Shown: positions 18,308 through 28,117 of the stretch, piece after piece
Layout: each line of letters opens with the position of its first letter
How positions within the stretch are numbered: position 1 is the stretch's first letter
Assembly: GCA_043797085.1 (NCBI GenBank)
Contig: JAZDQA010000011.1
Coordinates: forward strand, 64,001 to 128,000
DNA: 64,000 nt
DNA from: Pseudomonadota bacterium
GTDB taxonomy: Bacteria; Campylobacterota; Campylobacteria; Campylobacterales; Sulfurimonadaceae
Direction: 5' to 3'
Position numbers and translations under genes: made by a program
Notes under the pieces: model-generated
Seen by the model: only the letters and a program-made list of their open reading frames with translations
The model's database searches: none
What the model was told of the DNA's origin: nothing

Positions 18308-20246
18308 AGAAATTAGCGCAGAAAAATTACTAGAAAATAGTGATTTTGTCCGTGCTCAGATAGAACCTGGATCAGTAAATTCAGATGAGCGACGTGTTGC
18401 TATTTTGATCTCTACTGAAACTCCAGTTCGCCGTTATGACTATTACAGCGGTCAGTATTATGAAGAGGTATTACTACATGGAGAAGAGAATGTTGATCTA
18501 ACCCGCGCTATCACTGCAAAGCTACGCTGGATGCATGGAAGTGGAAAATATGGAGAGCTACCAATAGGGAAGCTTGAAAACGTTACTTTGGCAAACCGAC
18601 AGCTTCGCGCCGAGGCGGTATTTTCTAAGGCCAACCCAGACGCGGATATGTTCTGGCGTATGGTCGAAGAGGAGACGCTTACTGAGATATCAGTAGGTGG
18701 GTCAAAACAAGAGAATCGTGTAACTGAGAGAGATGGAAGCATCGCTCTTGTAGAAGTGACACGATGGGCATTCCACGAAGCTTCGCTCGTGGATATTGGT
18801 GCCGATCCGAGTGCTGGAATCGGTCGAAGTGAAAATCAAAACAAAGGGGTAAACGTGAACGAAGAATTGGAAGCGCTAAAGCGCCAACTTGAAGAAATGA
18901 GAGCATCGGGCGCAGCTAATGATGCAATTGCTCGTAAAAATGAAGAAATTCAAGCAAAAGTATCAGCACTTGCTGCTGAAAATACAGAGCTAAAACGTGT
19001 AGCTAGTATTCGTGATCTCGTAGCTGCTAAACCAGGCGTGATTGGTAAAGATGAAATTAACCGTTTCATCGGTGATACAACAAAAAATGCTGATGATTTA
19101 GCACGAGCAATGCTCGACGTTGCAACATCAAAGCAAACAAATGTAGATTTTCAACGTGGTGAAGATACTCCACAGGTGTATGTAATAGGTCAGCAAAATC
19201 GTGGAGACTTGATGCGCGCTATCGGCGATAGCTTGATCCTTCGTGCCGGTATGAGTGTTGCAGAACCTCATAAAGATGTGGATCAGTTCCGTGGAGCATC
19301 CATGGTGGAGATCGCACGTATGGTTACTGGGTACAGCGGATACGATCGCAATGAGATTATCAAACGTGCAATGAGTACGAGTGATTTTCCAGTGTTGCTC
19401 GGAAACGTAGCAAATCGTGTCCTTTCCCAAGCGTATGACGAAGAGATGGGGACATTTGATGCATGGACAACTCCGGTTGACGTTGCGGATTTCAAAACTC
19501 GTACAGAGGTAAGCCTTGATCGTTTCGGTGGTCGATTGCGTAAACTCACCGAGGGTGGAGAGAAGAAAAACAAAGAGACAACCGAGAGCGCAGAACAATG
19601 GCGTCTATTCAGCTACGGTGAAAAAATCCGTATCACTCGTGAAATGCTGATCAATGATGACCTTGGGGCATTTGAGGGGATTATCCTCGGGTTTGGCCAA
19701 ATGGCAAAACGTACCGCGAATGGACAAGTTTATGACTTGCTACAAAACAAAGGTGATTTTGCAAACTATGTCATGGGTGATACTAAAGCAATCTTCCATA
19801 CAGATCATGCAAACTATACAGCAACCGGAACAGCACTTGGAACTGATTCGCTGACCGCAGCTCGTACCTTGGTTCGTCGTCAAAAAGACAAATCTGGTAC
19901 CGCTCTAAACATCACACCAAAATACATGATTGTCTCTCCTGAAAAAGAGACATTAGCTCGTCAGTTGATTACTAGCGAAGCAGCTCTTGGCCAAACGAAT
20001 CCTGGGATTATTAATCCATTCCGTAACTCTATGGATATTATCGTTGAGTCTGAGTTATCTGCTACTGCATGGTATCTCGCCGCTGCGCGCCGTACTCTCA
20101 AAGTAGGGTATCTGCAAGGTACAAATCGTCGTCCAATTGTCAATGAAAAAAGCCGTGATCTTAGCGGTGTCGAGTATGAGTGTGTGTTTGATTTCGGCGT
20201 ATTCGCTGAAGATTACCGCGGTCTTTACAAAAATAACGGTCAATAA
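18300..20246 (+). CDS. Prohead protease-major capsid fusion protein
   Basis: N-terminal protease (ISVG, HEASLVDIGAD), coiled scaffold region, then capsid (TSDFPVLL, LINDDLGAF, DYRGLYK). Confidence 0.85.
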   Translation: MPKEISAEKLLENSDFVRAQIEPGSVNSDERRVAILISTETPVRRYDYYSGQYYEEVLLHGEENVDLTRAITAKLRWMHGSGKYGELPIGKLENVTLANRQLRAEAVFSKANPDADMFWRMVEEETLTEISVGGSKQENRVTERDGSIALVEVTRWAFHEASLVDIGADPSAGIGRSENQNKGVNVNEELEALKRQLEEMRASGAANDAIARKNEEIQAKVSALAAENTELKRVASIRDLVAAKPGVIGKDEINRFIGDTTKNADDLARAMLDVATSKQTNVDFQRGEDTPQVYVIGQQNRGDLMRAIGDSLILRAGMSVAEPHKDVDQFRGASMVEIARMVTGYSGYDRNEIIKRAMSTSDFPVLLGNVANRVLSQAYDEEMGTFDAWTTPVDVADFKTRTEVSLDRFGGRLRKLTEGGEKKNKETTESAEQWRLFSYGEKIRITREMLINDDLGAFEGIILGFGQMAKRTANGQVYDLLQNKGDFANYVMGDTKAIFHTDHANYTATGTALGTDSLTAARTLVRRQKDKSGTALNITPKYMIVSPEKETLARQLITSEAALGQTNPGIINPFRNSMDIIVESELSATAWYLAAARRTLKVGYLQGTNRRPIVNEKSRDLSGVEYECVFDFGVFAEDYRGLYKNNGQ

Positions 20247-20256
20247 GGAGTAAGTA

Positions 20257-20598
20257 ATGGCAAAAGAAGCAACACAATATCAAGATGGTGATGTAATCGA
20301 CTATACCTTAGCAGGTGCAGTCGATGTAGGGGATGTTGTACCACTGGGTACAGGTATGATCGGTATTGCACTGAGTAGCGGATTAGCTGGAGAGGTTATT
20401 GGGCTTGCAATTGAAGAGGTTTATGAGATCAATGCAACTACAGCAGATGTAATCGCAATCGGTGATATTGTTTATTTTAATGCTACTACGCGGGCAATTA
20501 CAATAACAGCAACATCAAATACTCGTGCGGGCCGTGCAGTAAGTAAAAAAGCAGCAGCAACAGCCGGTACTGTTTTTGTAAAAATTAACGCAGCGTAA
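20257..20598 (+). CDS. DUF2190-like capsid cement/decoration protein
   Basis: Y.QDGD.IDY, GDVV, GD.VY, V.VKIN pattern after the capsid gene. Confidence 0.75.
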   Translation: MAKEATQYQDGDVIDYTLAGAVDVGDVVPLGTGMIGIALSSGLAGEVIGLAIEEVYEINATTADVIAIGDIVYFNATTRAITITATSNTRAGRAVSKKAAATAGTVFVKINAA

Positions 20599-20609
20599 GG
20601 GGGCATTCG

Positions 20610-20882
20610 ATGTTTGTGAAACTTCATCGCAATGAAACATATCGTGGCGCTAGTCATCAAGAGGGGGACATCATCGAAGTTGGTGATGATCTCGGAGGTC
20701 GTATGATCTTGTCCGGTACAGCAACCAAGGCTACAAAGCCAGAGGATAAAGTAACTGCTGAAACTATTGATGCAATGCCATATAAAGATATGAAGAAACT
20801 TGTATCTGAATTAAGTATTGAAACATCAGATACAAAAATGCCAACTTATTCGGCAGCGCTTAAAGCGCACTACGGGGTATAA
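20610..20882 (+). CDS. Hypothetical head-region protein
   Basis: ORF within the structural operon. Confidence 0.55.
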   Translation: MFVKLHRNETYRGASHQEGDIIEVGDDLGGRMILSGTATKATKPEDKVTAETIDAMPYKDMKKLVSELSIETSDTKMPTYSAALKAHYGV

Positions 20883-20884
20883 AA

Positions 20885-21193
20885 ATGTTTAAAGAGCAGC
20901 TTCAAAAAGATTTGGATGTTTTTATAAACCCAAATGAGTTTGGATCGGCTGCTCTTTATAATGGAGAACCAATAGCTGTTGATTTTAGAAGCTCCAGCGA
21001 TGTTGTTTTTGATCGTGGAAATATTCACGATGTCAGCAGTTCTGTCCCTGTATGTTTTTGCAAAGAAAGTGATATCCAAGGTATAGAAAATGGAGACTCG
21101 ATTGTGATCGATGGCGCTATTTTTTATGTTTTAGATTCTGATGAATCATCAGGTGGGATACAAAAAATTTATTTAAGTAAGGATAGACCGTGA
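20885..21193 (+). CDS. Head-tail joining protein
   Basis: FKEQLQKDLDVFIN..EF pattern and position. Confidence 0.6.
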   Translation: MFKEQLQKDLDVFINPNEFGSAALYNGEPIAVDFRSSSDVVFDRGNIHDVSSSVPVCFCKESDIQGIENGDSIVIDGAIFYVLDSDESSGGIQKIYLSKDRP

Positions 21194-21597
21194 GTAAACG
21201 TCAAATAATTGTCGATGCAATTATCACCCGTCTATCTGCTATACCAAACATCATCAGCGTTGATGATTGGAAAGTCCATAAGCTCAGCGAAAAAGAGATG
21301 CCTGCAATCATTATTCGTGATGTTGGGTCAAAAACAGATTCATCAGCGTATGGATCTATAGGCCACTCTTTATCTATTGAAGTTGATTTATTAGTTAGTG
21401 ATAGTTCAACAACGATGGCAACATTGAGAACAATCATGTCAAGTATTTTGACAGCAATAGGTACTGAGGGTGATGATTTACTCGATCACGTTACTTATGA
21501 AGGTGATGATATTTTAGCAGAGCATCAGGATTATTTTTATGGTGGTGCTAGAATGAAATTTAGCGTGGACTATTCCACGGCGGCATGGGAGATATGA
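21190..21597 (+). CDS. Tail terminator-like protein
   Basis: KRQIIVDAI..RL and MPAIII; position before baseplate genes. Confidence 0.55.
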   Translation: MSKRQIIVDAIITRLSAIPNIISVDDWKVHKLSEKEMPAIIIRDVGSKTDSSAYGSIGHSLSIEVDLLVSDSSTTMATLRTIMSSILTAIGTEGDDLLDHVTYEGDDILAEHQDYFYGGARMKFSVDYSTAAWEI

Positions 21598-22106
21598 TGA
21601 TTGATAACCTAATCCAAATCGGAACTATTGTCAACGTTGATCCTGAGAATCGCGCATTAGTACGTGTTGAACTGTTTGAGCGTGTCACGGACTGGATCCC
21701 TTATAAGATGATCGTTAATTCTCATATCCGTATTTGGACACCTCCTCGTGTCGGTGAGCAGGTGATCGTATTCTCTCCTTTTGGTGAAGGTGATGATGGG
21801 ATTGTTATTGGTGGGATTTATAACGTTAATCAAAAAGAGCCGACAGGATCAAATGATCATACAAGTGTCATTGTATTTGAAGATGGTACCTCGATCACAT
21901 ATGACACGACAGCCAAAGCTTTGACAATCAATGCGTCCGGTTCGGTTGCTGTCACGGCTCCCTCTGGTATGTCGATCACGGCGGATGTCACGATCACTGG
22001 TAATCTGAATGTATCTGGTACGGTTACTGACGAAAAAGGATCATTGACTACTCATATTCATAGCGGTGTGATGGCTGGACCATCAAATACGGGAGCGCGT
22101 CCATGA
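21594..22106 (+). CDS. Baseplate assembly/spike protein V
   Basis: TDWIP, PPRVGEQV, FEDGT.I.YD and C-terminal HxH. Confidence 0.9.
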   Translation: MMIDNLIQIGTIVNVDPENRALVRVELFERVTDWIPYKMIVNSHIRIWTPPRVGEQVIVFSPFGEGDDGIVIGGIYNVNQKEPTGSNDHTSVIVFEDGTSITYDTTAKALTINASGSVAVTAPSGMSITADVTITGNLNVSGTVTDEKGSLTTHIHSGVMAGPSNTGARP

Positions 22107-22378
22107 ATTTAGCACAGCGCATTACCCGAATCCTTACGACTCGTCCAGGCGAACGTGTCGCTCTTCCGACGTATGGCTCAGAGCTATACAAGCTACGCGA
22201 CAGAGCGCTGACTAATGAGGTACGTTTGATGTTTACCATGTACTGTAAAGCGGCCATCGAGAAATGGGAAAACGTGAAGGTATCCAAAGCAGAACTTACT
22301 GCTATCAATACGACGGATGGGTCATTCTCATTTACGATATCACTCTCAAACGGTGAAACTATTGCGGGGGTAGCGTGA
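22103..22378 (+). CDS. Baseplate protein W/gp25 family
   Basis: ILTTRPGERV..PTYGS. Confidence 0.85.
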   Translation: MNLAQRITRILTTRPGERVALPTYGSELYKLRDRALTNEVRLMFTMYCKAAIEKWENVKVSKAELTAINTTDGSFSFTISLSNGETIAGVA

Positions 22379-23448
22379 TGTTGATACCTCCTATGTGTGT
22401 AGTGAAGAGTTATGATGAGATCAAAGCGGAAATGGTAGCTACTTATCAAACCGTCGTTCCGTTTTATATTCCGAATGAATCGGATGATGTTATGAGCGTA
22501 CTTGAAGCGTTTGCGTATCGAGAACTGATGCTTAGAACATTTTTCAATACTCAGGTTGCAAACAGTTTTTGGCAAACTGCCACGGGCGAATATCTCGATT
22601 TTATCGCACAGTTTTTCGATGTTTTCCGCCTGATTGGAGAGAAACCTACTGCATCAGCTACGTTTACTATTAATACTATCCTTGGATATGACTATGTCCT
22701 TGAGGCGGGCGCTGAACTGCTTAATAATGACGGATCTATATCAGTACTTATCCAAAACATCACGATACTAGCAGGAAGTGTCGAAGTATCAGGAATCATC
22801 GAGCTTCAGATCGAGACTGCTCAAAGTTCTGCTGCGGTATCTAGCATTATGATTCCTCGACCTTATCTCAAAAGCGTTATCCAAACTACCACGTTTAGCG
22901 GTGGATCGGATACCGAAACGGACGATGAGATGCGCGAGCGAATCAAGCTCTCATTCGAAGAGGTCACGACCGCAGGATCAGTGAGCTCGTATCGAGCTTA
23001 TGCACTCAAAGCAGATGAGCGTATCGATGATGTCGCGGTATTAAGTCCTACTCCCGGGGTTGTTGACGTCATTCTACACTCACTCAGTGCTGTGGATGCA
23101 GCGATGATCAGTCGCGCATATACCGCACTCTCCGCAGATAAGGCCAGACCGCTATGTGACACGGTACAAGTTCGCGCTGCCACTGTTACGAGCTATACCG
23201 TCAATGCGGTTCTCACTCTCGATCCGTTGTCTGATCCCGCATCAACACTGGAAGCAGCACGGCTACGACTTAAAGAGCGTGTGGACAGTATCCTCATCGG
23301 TCAGAGTATCACAACCTCCTCGATGATTGCGGCACTGTCGGTTGATGGGGTGGATGATGTAACGCTGATCGCTCCCGCTTTGGCCGTATCGGTACTCTCT
23401 GATGGCGTAGCAATCTGTACGCTCATCGATATCAGCGTAGGAGCATAA
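22375..23448 (+). CDS. Baseplate J-like protein
   Basis: AYRE, ATGEYLD, GGSDTETDD, TAGS..SY, RPLCD. Confidence 0.9.
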   Translation: MMLIPPMCVVKSYDEIKAEMVATYQTVVPFYIPNESDDVMSVLEAFAYRELMLRTFFNTQVANSFWQTATGEYLDFIAQFFDVFRLIGEKPTASATFTINTILGYDYVLEAGAELLNNDGSISVLIQNITILAGSVEVSGIIELQIETAQSSAAVSSIMIPRPYLKSVIQTTTFSGGSDTETDDEMRERIKLSFEEVTTAGSVSSYRAYALKADERIDDVAVLSPTPGVVDVILHSLSAVDAAMISRAYTALSADKARPLCDTVQVRAATVTSYTVNAVLTLDPLSDPASTLEAARLRLKERVDSILIGQSITTSSMIAALSVDGVDDVTLIAPALAVSVLSDGVAICTLIDISVGA

Positions 23449-23449
23449 A

Positions 23450-24211
23450 ATGAATATTATTGATAATGCAGCATGGGATGACATCTATCTAATCGAAACG
23501 AGCGATTACGTTTTAGGGGGAGTAGAGGGAACCAGCAACGAACAGGCAAAAGCTCTCGCTAACCGTACCCGATATCTGCGCGATTTGCTTGAAGCAATTG
23601 AAAATGAAATAGCGCTAATGCCGACATCGAATGTGATGAATCAGGCGCTTTCGCTCAAAGCTGATAAAACCTATACAGATACGGAGCTTGGCAAAAAAGC
23701 CGACAAAACCTATGCAGATAACAAGCTGGGGCTCAAAGCGGATAAAACCTATGTCGATGATGGGTTTGCTATAAAATCGTCGGTAACTGCCAAAGCTGAT
23801 AAAACCTATACAGACACGGAGCTTGGCAAAAAAGCTGACAAATCTTATACAGACACGGAGCTTGGCAAAAAAGCGGATAAAAGCTATGTTGATAATAACT
23901 TTTTGGCAGCATCAAAAATTGTTACTGCAACATCCGGTGAGGTACAAACTTCAGCCCGTGCAGGTGGACAATTGCAGGCCAATTGGAACTATAACTTCGC
24001 AGATATATATCCTCCATCAGGGTTTACGATGTCAAATTTAATTGGCTTTATATGCTCCCCTGCAATTATTTACTTTAATGGAGCGGTAAATGGAGATGAT
24101 ACTTTGTACTGCCGTTGGGAACGACGGCTTGATTATGTGCGTGTCATCTGCCAAAACAGTGAAAACCGAGCAGTCAGTTCTATAAACTATCTTGCGATGT
24201 GGCAAAAATGA
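23450..24211 (+). CDS. Tail fiber-like protein with 13-aa repeats
   Basis: N-terminal IYLIETSD.VLGG..G.SNEQAKALANRTRYL typical of tail fibers; KADK(T/S)Y repeats. Confidence 0.7.
   Translation: MNIIDNAAWDDIYLIETSDYVLGGVEGTSNEQAKALANRTRYLRDLLEAIENEIALMPTSNVMNQALSLKADKTYTDTELGKKADKTYADNKLGLKADKTYVDDGFAIKSSVTAKADKTYTDTELGKKADKSYTDTELGKKADKSYVDNNFLAASKIVTATSGEVQTSARAGGQLQANWNYNFADIYPPSGFTMSNLIGFICSPAIIYFNGAVNGDDTLYCRWERRLDYVRVICQNSENRAVSSINYLAMWQK
23657..23893 (+). repeat. 39-bp coding tandem repeats (KADKTYTDTELGK-type)
   Basis: Six KADK(T/S)Y units in two blocks of three. Confidence 0.8.
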
Positions 24212-24918
24212 TTAACTCACTCTTGCCTACTCATTACACACCGCGAGAGCATGCGCTCGATGCGGTCAGCGAAGAGGTTCGTAATAAGCTCTCCAATGAT
24301 TTATGGGATGCTCCGATTCTCGATCCAATACGGTGTAATGAGAAATTTTTACCGATGCTCGCCAAATTCTACGGGGCCGAACTGTGGATGAGCAATATGA
24401 CTACTGATCAGCAGCGTAAAGCGATCGGAGATTCGATTGTAATCCGTAAAAAGCGCGGTACTGCATGGTCTGTCAAACAGGTTATTAAAAGCTTTGACGA
24501 GGGTGCGAGTGTCATCGAGGGGGTATCGCCGATTCGGTATGACGGTACTCATCATTATGATGGAACACAGCAACACGGTGTTAATGACGAATGGGCGGAG
24601 TACTCCGTCATGCTCACTCAGCCGATACCCAGTGCGGACGATCAGATCCGCTTTATGAATATGCTGGGAAGTTACGCTCCAGCACGGTGCCATCTCGTCG
24701 GTATCGACTGGCGTCTTAGTGCAGGCTCACAGTGTGATGTTGAGAGTAGTGCTATTTTTGCAATCGATCCTTATTCATTACTTAGCATAAGTGCCTCATC
24801 GCCCTGTGCTCATAAGGCTTCGGCTGTATTCGAATGGGATTGTGAGAGCGAACTTTCGATAAGTGCTTCTCTCGCATCCTCAGTATCTATGGGTGCAATG
24901 ACGCACTTAAACATATAA
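24199..24918 (+). CDS. P2 gpI-like tail protein
   Basis: SLLP, FLPMLA, RKKRGT, YAPARCHL. Confidence 0.75.
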   Translation: MAKMINSLLPTHYTPREHALDAVSEEVRNKLSNDLWDAPILDPIRCNEKFLPMLAKFYGAELWMSNMTTDQQRKAIGDSIVIRKKRGTAWSVKQVIKSFDEGASVIEGVSPIRYDGTHHYDGTQQHGVNDEWAEYSVMLTQPIPSADDQIRFMNMLGSYAPARCHLVGIDWRLSAGSQCDVESSAIFAIDPYSLLSISASSPCAHKASAVFEWDCESELSISASLASSVSMGAMTHLNI

Positions 24919-24928
24919 GGAGAAACCA

Positions 24929-26074
24929 ATGGCAGTTACAGGCATACCAACAACATCAGGCTTAACGATCCTATCCGGATCACTTAAAGAAGGGGTAACG
25001 AAATTTGCCCTCTACGGCACATCGACCGCTACTACTGACGTACCGTTTACGGAAGTGAGCACGATCGCAACGCTTGCATCGTATTTGGTTGGAACGTTTG
25101 ATGTGAGCCGTGGGTATTTTGATCAGACTGGCGTGCTCACATTTGAGTGTCCAATTCCATACAACACCGATTCGACTAAATGGGTAGGAGCATGCGGCCT
25201 GATCCATGTCAATCCATCTACCGGAGAAAGCACACTCGTTGCGATAACTCAGGTACCTAAGTTTCAAAAGGTATCCGGTATCGGAGGAACTATTATCTAT
25301 AAAGTGCCAATCGCAGGAACAGCTGGATCACCGGTATTTGGTACTGAGAGCTATGCGACCAGTGTGCAGGTCGATGAGCGTCTCAATGAACTATATAGCG
25401 GTTTAATGATCGCGATGGATCAGGCGGGGCTTGCTAATAAAGAGATTGAAAAGACACGAACTAAGCGGATACAGTCGGGGGTGATCACACTCAAAAATCG
25501 AGGGGTTATCAAAGGGTGTACTCTCACAAAAAGTATTACGGCTACTCGTAACCTGAGTCTTGGCAATGGCACGGCATACATGAACGGACAAATCCTTGCG
25601 GTAGCTGATCAGCTCAATACCGCTGTGGTACCGGTTAATACCGATGTCGTTTCGAAGACATGTTATGCCTATATGTGGATCGATACGTCTGGCAACGTGC
25701 AGGTGGACTGTACTGCTTTGGGTGGAAGTGTCCCTAGTACCGCTATGGCTATGTATCTCATCACGGTACCCGCCAACTCTACGGAGGCAACCGATCCGAA
25801 TCTCGCACTGTGTACTCTGACCGACGTACGGGTAATCGAGCCGAGCTATCCGAAGATGCTGGTCAATGCTCCATATACCTATGTCGCGCTTCCTTACGAC
25901 ATGATCGAAACCGATTACAGCATCGAGCTAGACGTGATGGAGTTCTCAGGTGGAGGATTTCAAATGGGTTATGTCTATGCTGGTGCTCGTGCTAAAAACG
26001 GTTTTTCTATATATATGAACGGTACCTCCGATACTTTAACAGTACGCTGGACCGCTAAAAAAACAAACTTATAA
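24929..26074 (+). CDS. Tail fiber/baseplate structural protein
   Basis: Thr/Gly/Val-rich; located between gpI and the DGR target. Confidence 0.55.
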   Translation: MAVTGIPTTSGLTILSGSLKEGVTKFALYGTSTATTDVPFTEVSTIATLASYLVGTFDVSRGYFDQTGVLTFECPIPYNTDSTKWVGACGLIHVNPSTGESTLVAITQVPKFQKVSGIGGTIIYKVPIAGTAGSPVFGTESYATSVQVDERLNELYSGLMIAMDQAGLANKEIEKTRTKRIQSGVITLKNRGVIKGCTLTKSITATRNLSLGNGTAYMNGQILAVADQLNTAVVPVNTDVVSKTCYAYMWIDTSGNVQVDCTALGGSVPSTAMAMYLITVPANSTEATDPNLALCTLTDVRVIEPSYPKMLVNAPYTYVALPYDMIETDYSIELDVMEFSGGGFQMGYVYAGARAKNGFSIYMNGTSDTLTVRWTAKKTNL

Positions 26075-26084
26075 AGGGGAATGA

Positions 26085-26393
26085 ATGATTGTTAAAGAAA
26101 TGCAGCCGGACGGAAACTTCGAAGATTACTTATTAGAAGGATCGGTTCTTAAAATCGGTAAGCAGATTATGGATATCGACGAGCTTCAAAAAGAGGAACA
26201 AGTCATCATCGACATCATCGAGGATGGACGCTTTGTTGCCAATATCATAATACCCCCTGCTGTGTATGAAGAAATACAGGAGCCTACGGTGGAGGGTGAG
26301 CCATCTATTCCACCAGTAAAGGTTCTGATAGACATGGACGCGGTCAAACTTATCCTATGGGATAAACCAATCTTAACAGTAGAAGGAGAATAA
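26085..26393 (+). CDS. Hypothetical tail-associated protein
   Basis: Acidic 102-aa ORF abutting the DGR target. Confidence 0.55.
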   Translation: MIVKEMQPDGNFEDYLLEGSVLKIGKQIMDIDELQKEEQVIIDIIEDGRFVANIIIPPAVYEEIQEPTVEGEPSIPPVKVLIDMDAVKLILWDKPILTVEGE

Positions 26394-27455
26394 ATGCCGA
26401 CGATTTTTACAAAAGACACACTCCGTGCGAGTGTAGAGGCCAGCACTGGCGGAAAGGTCACCGTGCTCTATGATGACAAAGGATACCCGAGCTATATGCA
26501 CGTCGTTCCGAAATTCAATGTTCAGGATATCGATGTTTCTTTGGGTACCGGAGTACACCCGGCGTTTATCGTCAATGGTGTGGAGAAGAGCGAAATCTTT
26601 ATCGGTCAGCATCTCGCGCACGTTCGTGATGATCGTGCGGTAAGTTTGCCAGGTCTTGATCCTAAAACCGGAGTCACATTTGATCAGGCACGTACGTATT
26701 GTAAAAACAAGGGTGCAGGCTGGCACATGATGACGAACTGGGAGTGGGCGGCCGTCTCACTATGGGCACTTAAAAATGGGTTTCAGCCTCGAGGTAACAC
26801 GAACTATGGACGAAGCCATGAGGCGACGTATGAAACGGCAGCACGAATGGACGGCGGAGCACCTGGTGTCACTACCGGAACTCCTCGAACACTAACCGGA
26901 GGCGGACCAGCATCATGGCGTCATGATAATACCTATGCGGGTATCGCTGATCTCGTCGGGAACGTGTGGGAGTGGCAAGATGGGCTCAAACTCGTGGATG
27001 GAAAAATCATAATGCCCGCCGATAACCACTACTCTCTCGATGAAGCGTCATGGGCGGATACCGGTGTGCGTTTTGATGGTACGGTTGCCTCTGCTGGGTT
27101 GGACGGATCGTACGGAGATGTCGGTGATCCGATCCTAAGCGACGCGATCATCAACTACCTCGGGCCAACCGGGGACAATGGCTCTTACGATTACTCGACG
27201 ATTGCGAACTGGAGAAGCCTCACGGCAAAAGCCGGATACACAGTCCCTAATAACATGAAGCAGGCATTGATCTATCCATACGATGCGGTAAACCCAAAAG
27301 GTTATCTCTATATGCGTAACTACGGGGAGCGTTTGCCGGTCCGTGGCGGGTATTGGAGCGATGGTGCGGGTGCTGGGCTCGGTGCCTTGAATCTGACCAA
27401 TGCTCGTTCGTACTCGGGCAGCCACATCGGGTTCCGTCCAGCCTACATTATGTAG
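26394..27455 (+). CDS. Primary DGR target, Mtd-like receptor-binding protein (predicted CLec/FGE-like fold)
   Basis: In the tail module; IADLVGNVWEW and RGG.W...IGFRPA motifs; C-terminal VR matches TR. Confidence 0.9.
   Translation: MPTIFTKDTLRASVEASTGGKVTVLYDDKGYPSYMHVVPKFNVQDIDVSLGTGVHPAFIVNGVEKSEIFIGQHLAHVRDDRAVSLPGLDPKTGVTFDQARTYCKNKGAGWHMMTNWEWAAVSLWALKNGFQPRGNTNYGRSHEATYETAARMDGGAPGVTTGTPRTLTGGGPASWRHDNTYAGIADLVGNVWEWQDGLKLVDGKIIMPADNHYSLDEASWADTGVRFDGTVASAGLDGSYGDVGDPILSDAIINYLGPTGDNGSYDYSTIANWRSLTAKAGYTVPNNMKQALIYPYDAVNPKGYLYMRNYGERLPVRGGYWSDGAGAGLGALNLTNARSYSGSHIGFRPAYIM
27333..27443 (+). repeat. DGR variable region VR1
   Basis: 111-nt ungapped match to TR with 11 mismatches, all at TR adenines. 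Confidence 0.95.
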
Positions 27456-27491
27456 CAGTGATGGATTGAGCGATAGCGAAAGGATCTAAGA

Positions 27492-27827
27492 ATGAACGGA
27501 AGATATCTCCTGCTGGAGAAAAAGATCAGAGACCTGAAAATGTATCTTGGGGTGATGCTTCGCAATTATCCACGGTACGAAAAATTCGCTATCGCGCATG
27601 AGATACAGTCGAACATCACCATGATGCAAAGAATGGTGATCGCAACGGGCAAAAAGTATTTTAAAAAGACGGATCTTCGCGATCTTGATATCGAGCATGA
27701 AATGCTCCGACAAAATATACTCATCTCGTATGAGATGAAGTACATCGATATGAGACGGTTCGAATATGTATCCGGTCTGATCGACGAAGTCGGAAGACTC
27801 ATCGGCGACTGGATATCAAAAATTTAG
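27492..27827 (+). CDS. avd: DGR accessory variability determinant (four-helix bundle)
   Basis: Basic 111-aa protein with YPRYEKF, LRDLDIE, EVGRLIGDW, between VR and TR. Confidence 0.88.
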   Translation: MNGRYLLLEKKIRDLKMYLGVMLRNYPRYEKFAIAHEIQSNITMMQRMVIATGKKYFKKTDLRDLDIEHEMLRQNILISYEMKYIDMRRFEYVSGLIDEVGRLIGDWISKI

Positions 27828-27848
27828 GTTGCACTTCTCTTGTGTGTT

Positions 27849-27959
27849 TTGCCGATCCGTGGCGGGAATTGGAACGATGGTGCGAATGCTGGGCTCGGTG
27901 CCTTGAATCTGAACAATGCTCGTTCGAACTCGAACAGCAACATCGGGTTCCGTCCAGAC
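27849..27959 (+). ncRNA. DGR template region TR
   Basis: Intergenic copy of VR with 24 adenines and nine AAY codons, between avd and RT. Confidence 0.93.
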
Positions 27960-28117
27960 TGTACGGCTGTTATTGAAGCTCATGGCGTATTCGCCTCGAG
28001 ATGAATGTTGTATAGGGTAGAAGTGCGACCTGTATCCTTAACCGGACGAAATAAATGCTTGAATAGCATAAGCCTTGAGCTGCGTGCTAACTGTAGGCCA
28101 TTACCAAAGAGGGAAAC

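Noticed and set aside
23657..23893. CRISPR array
   Set aside because: In-frame coding repeats without unique spacers; no cas genes and no CRISPR array seen anywhere in the window.
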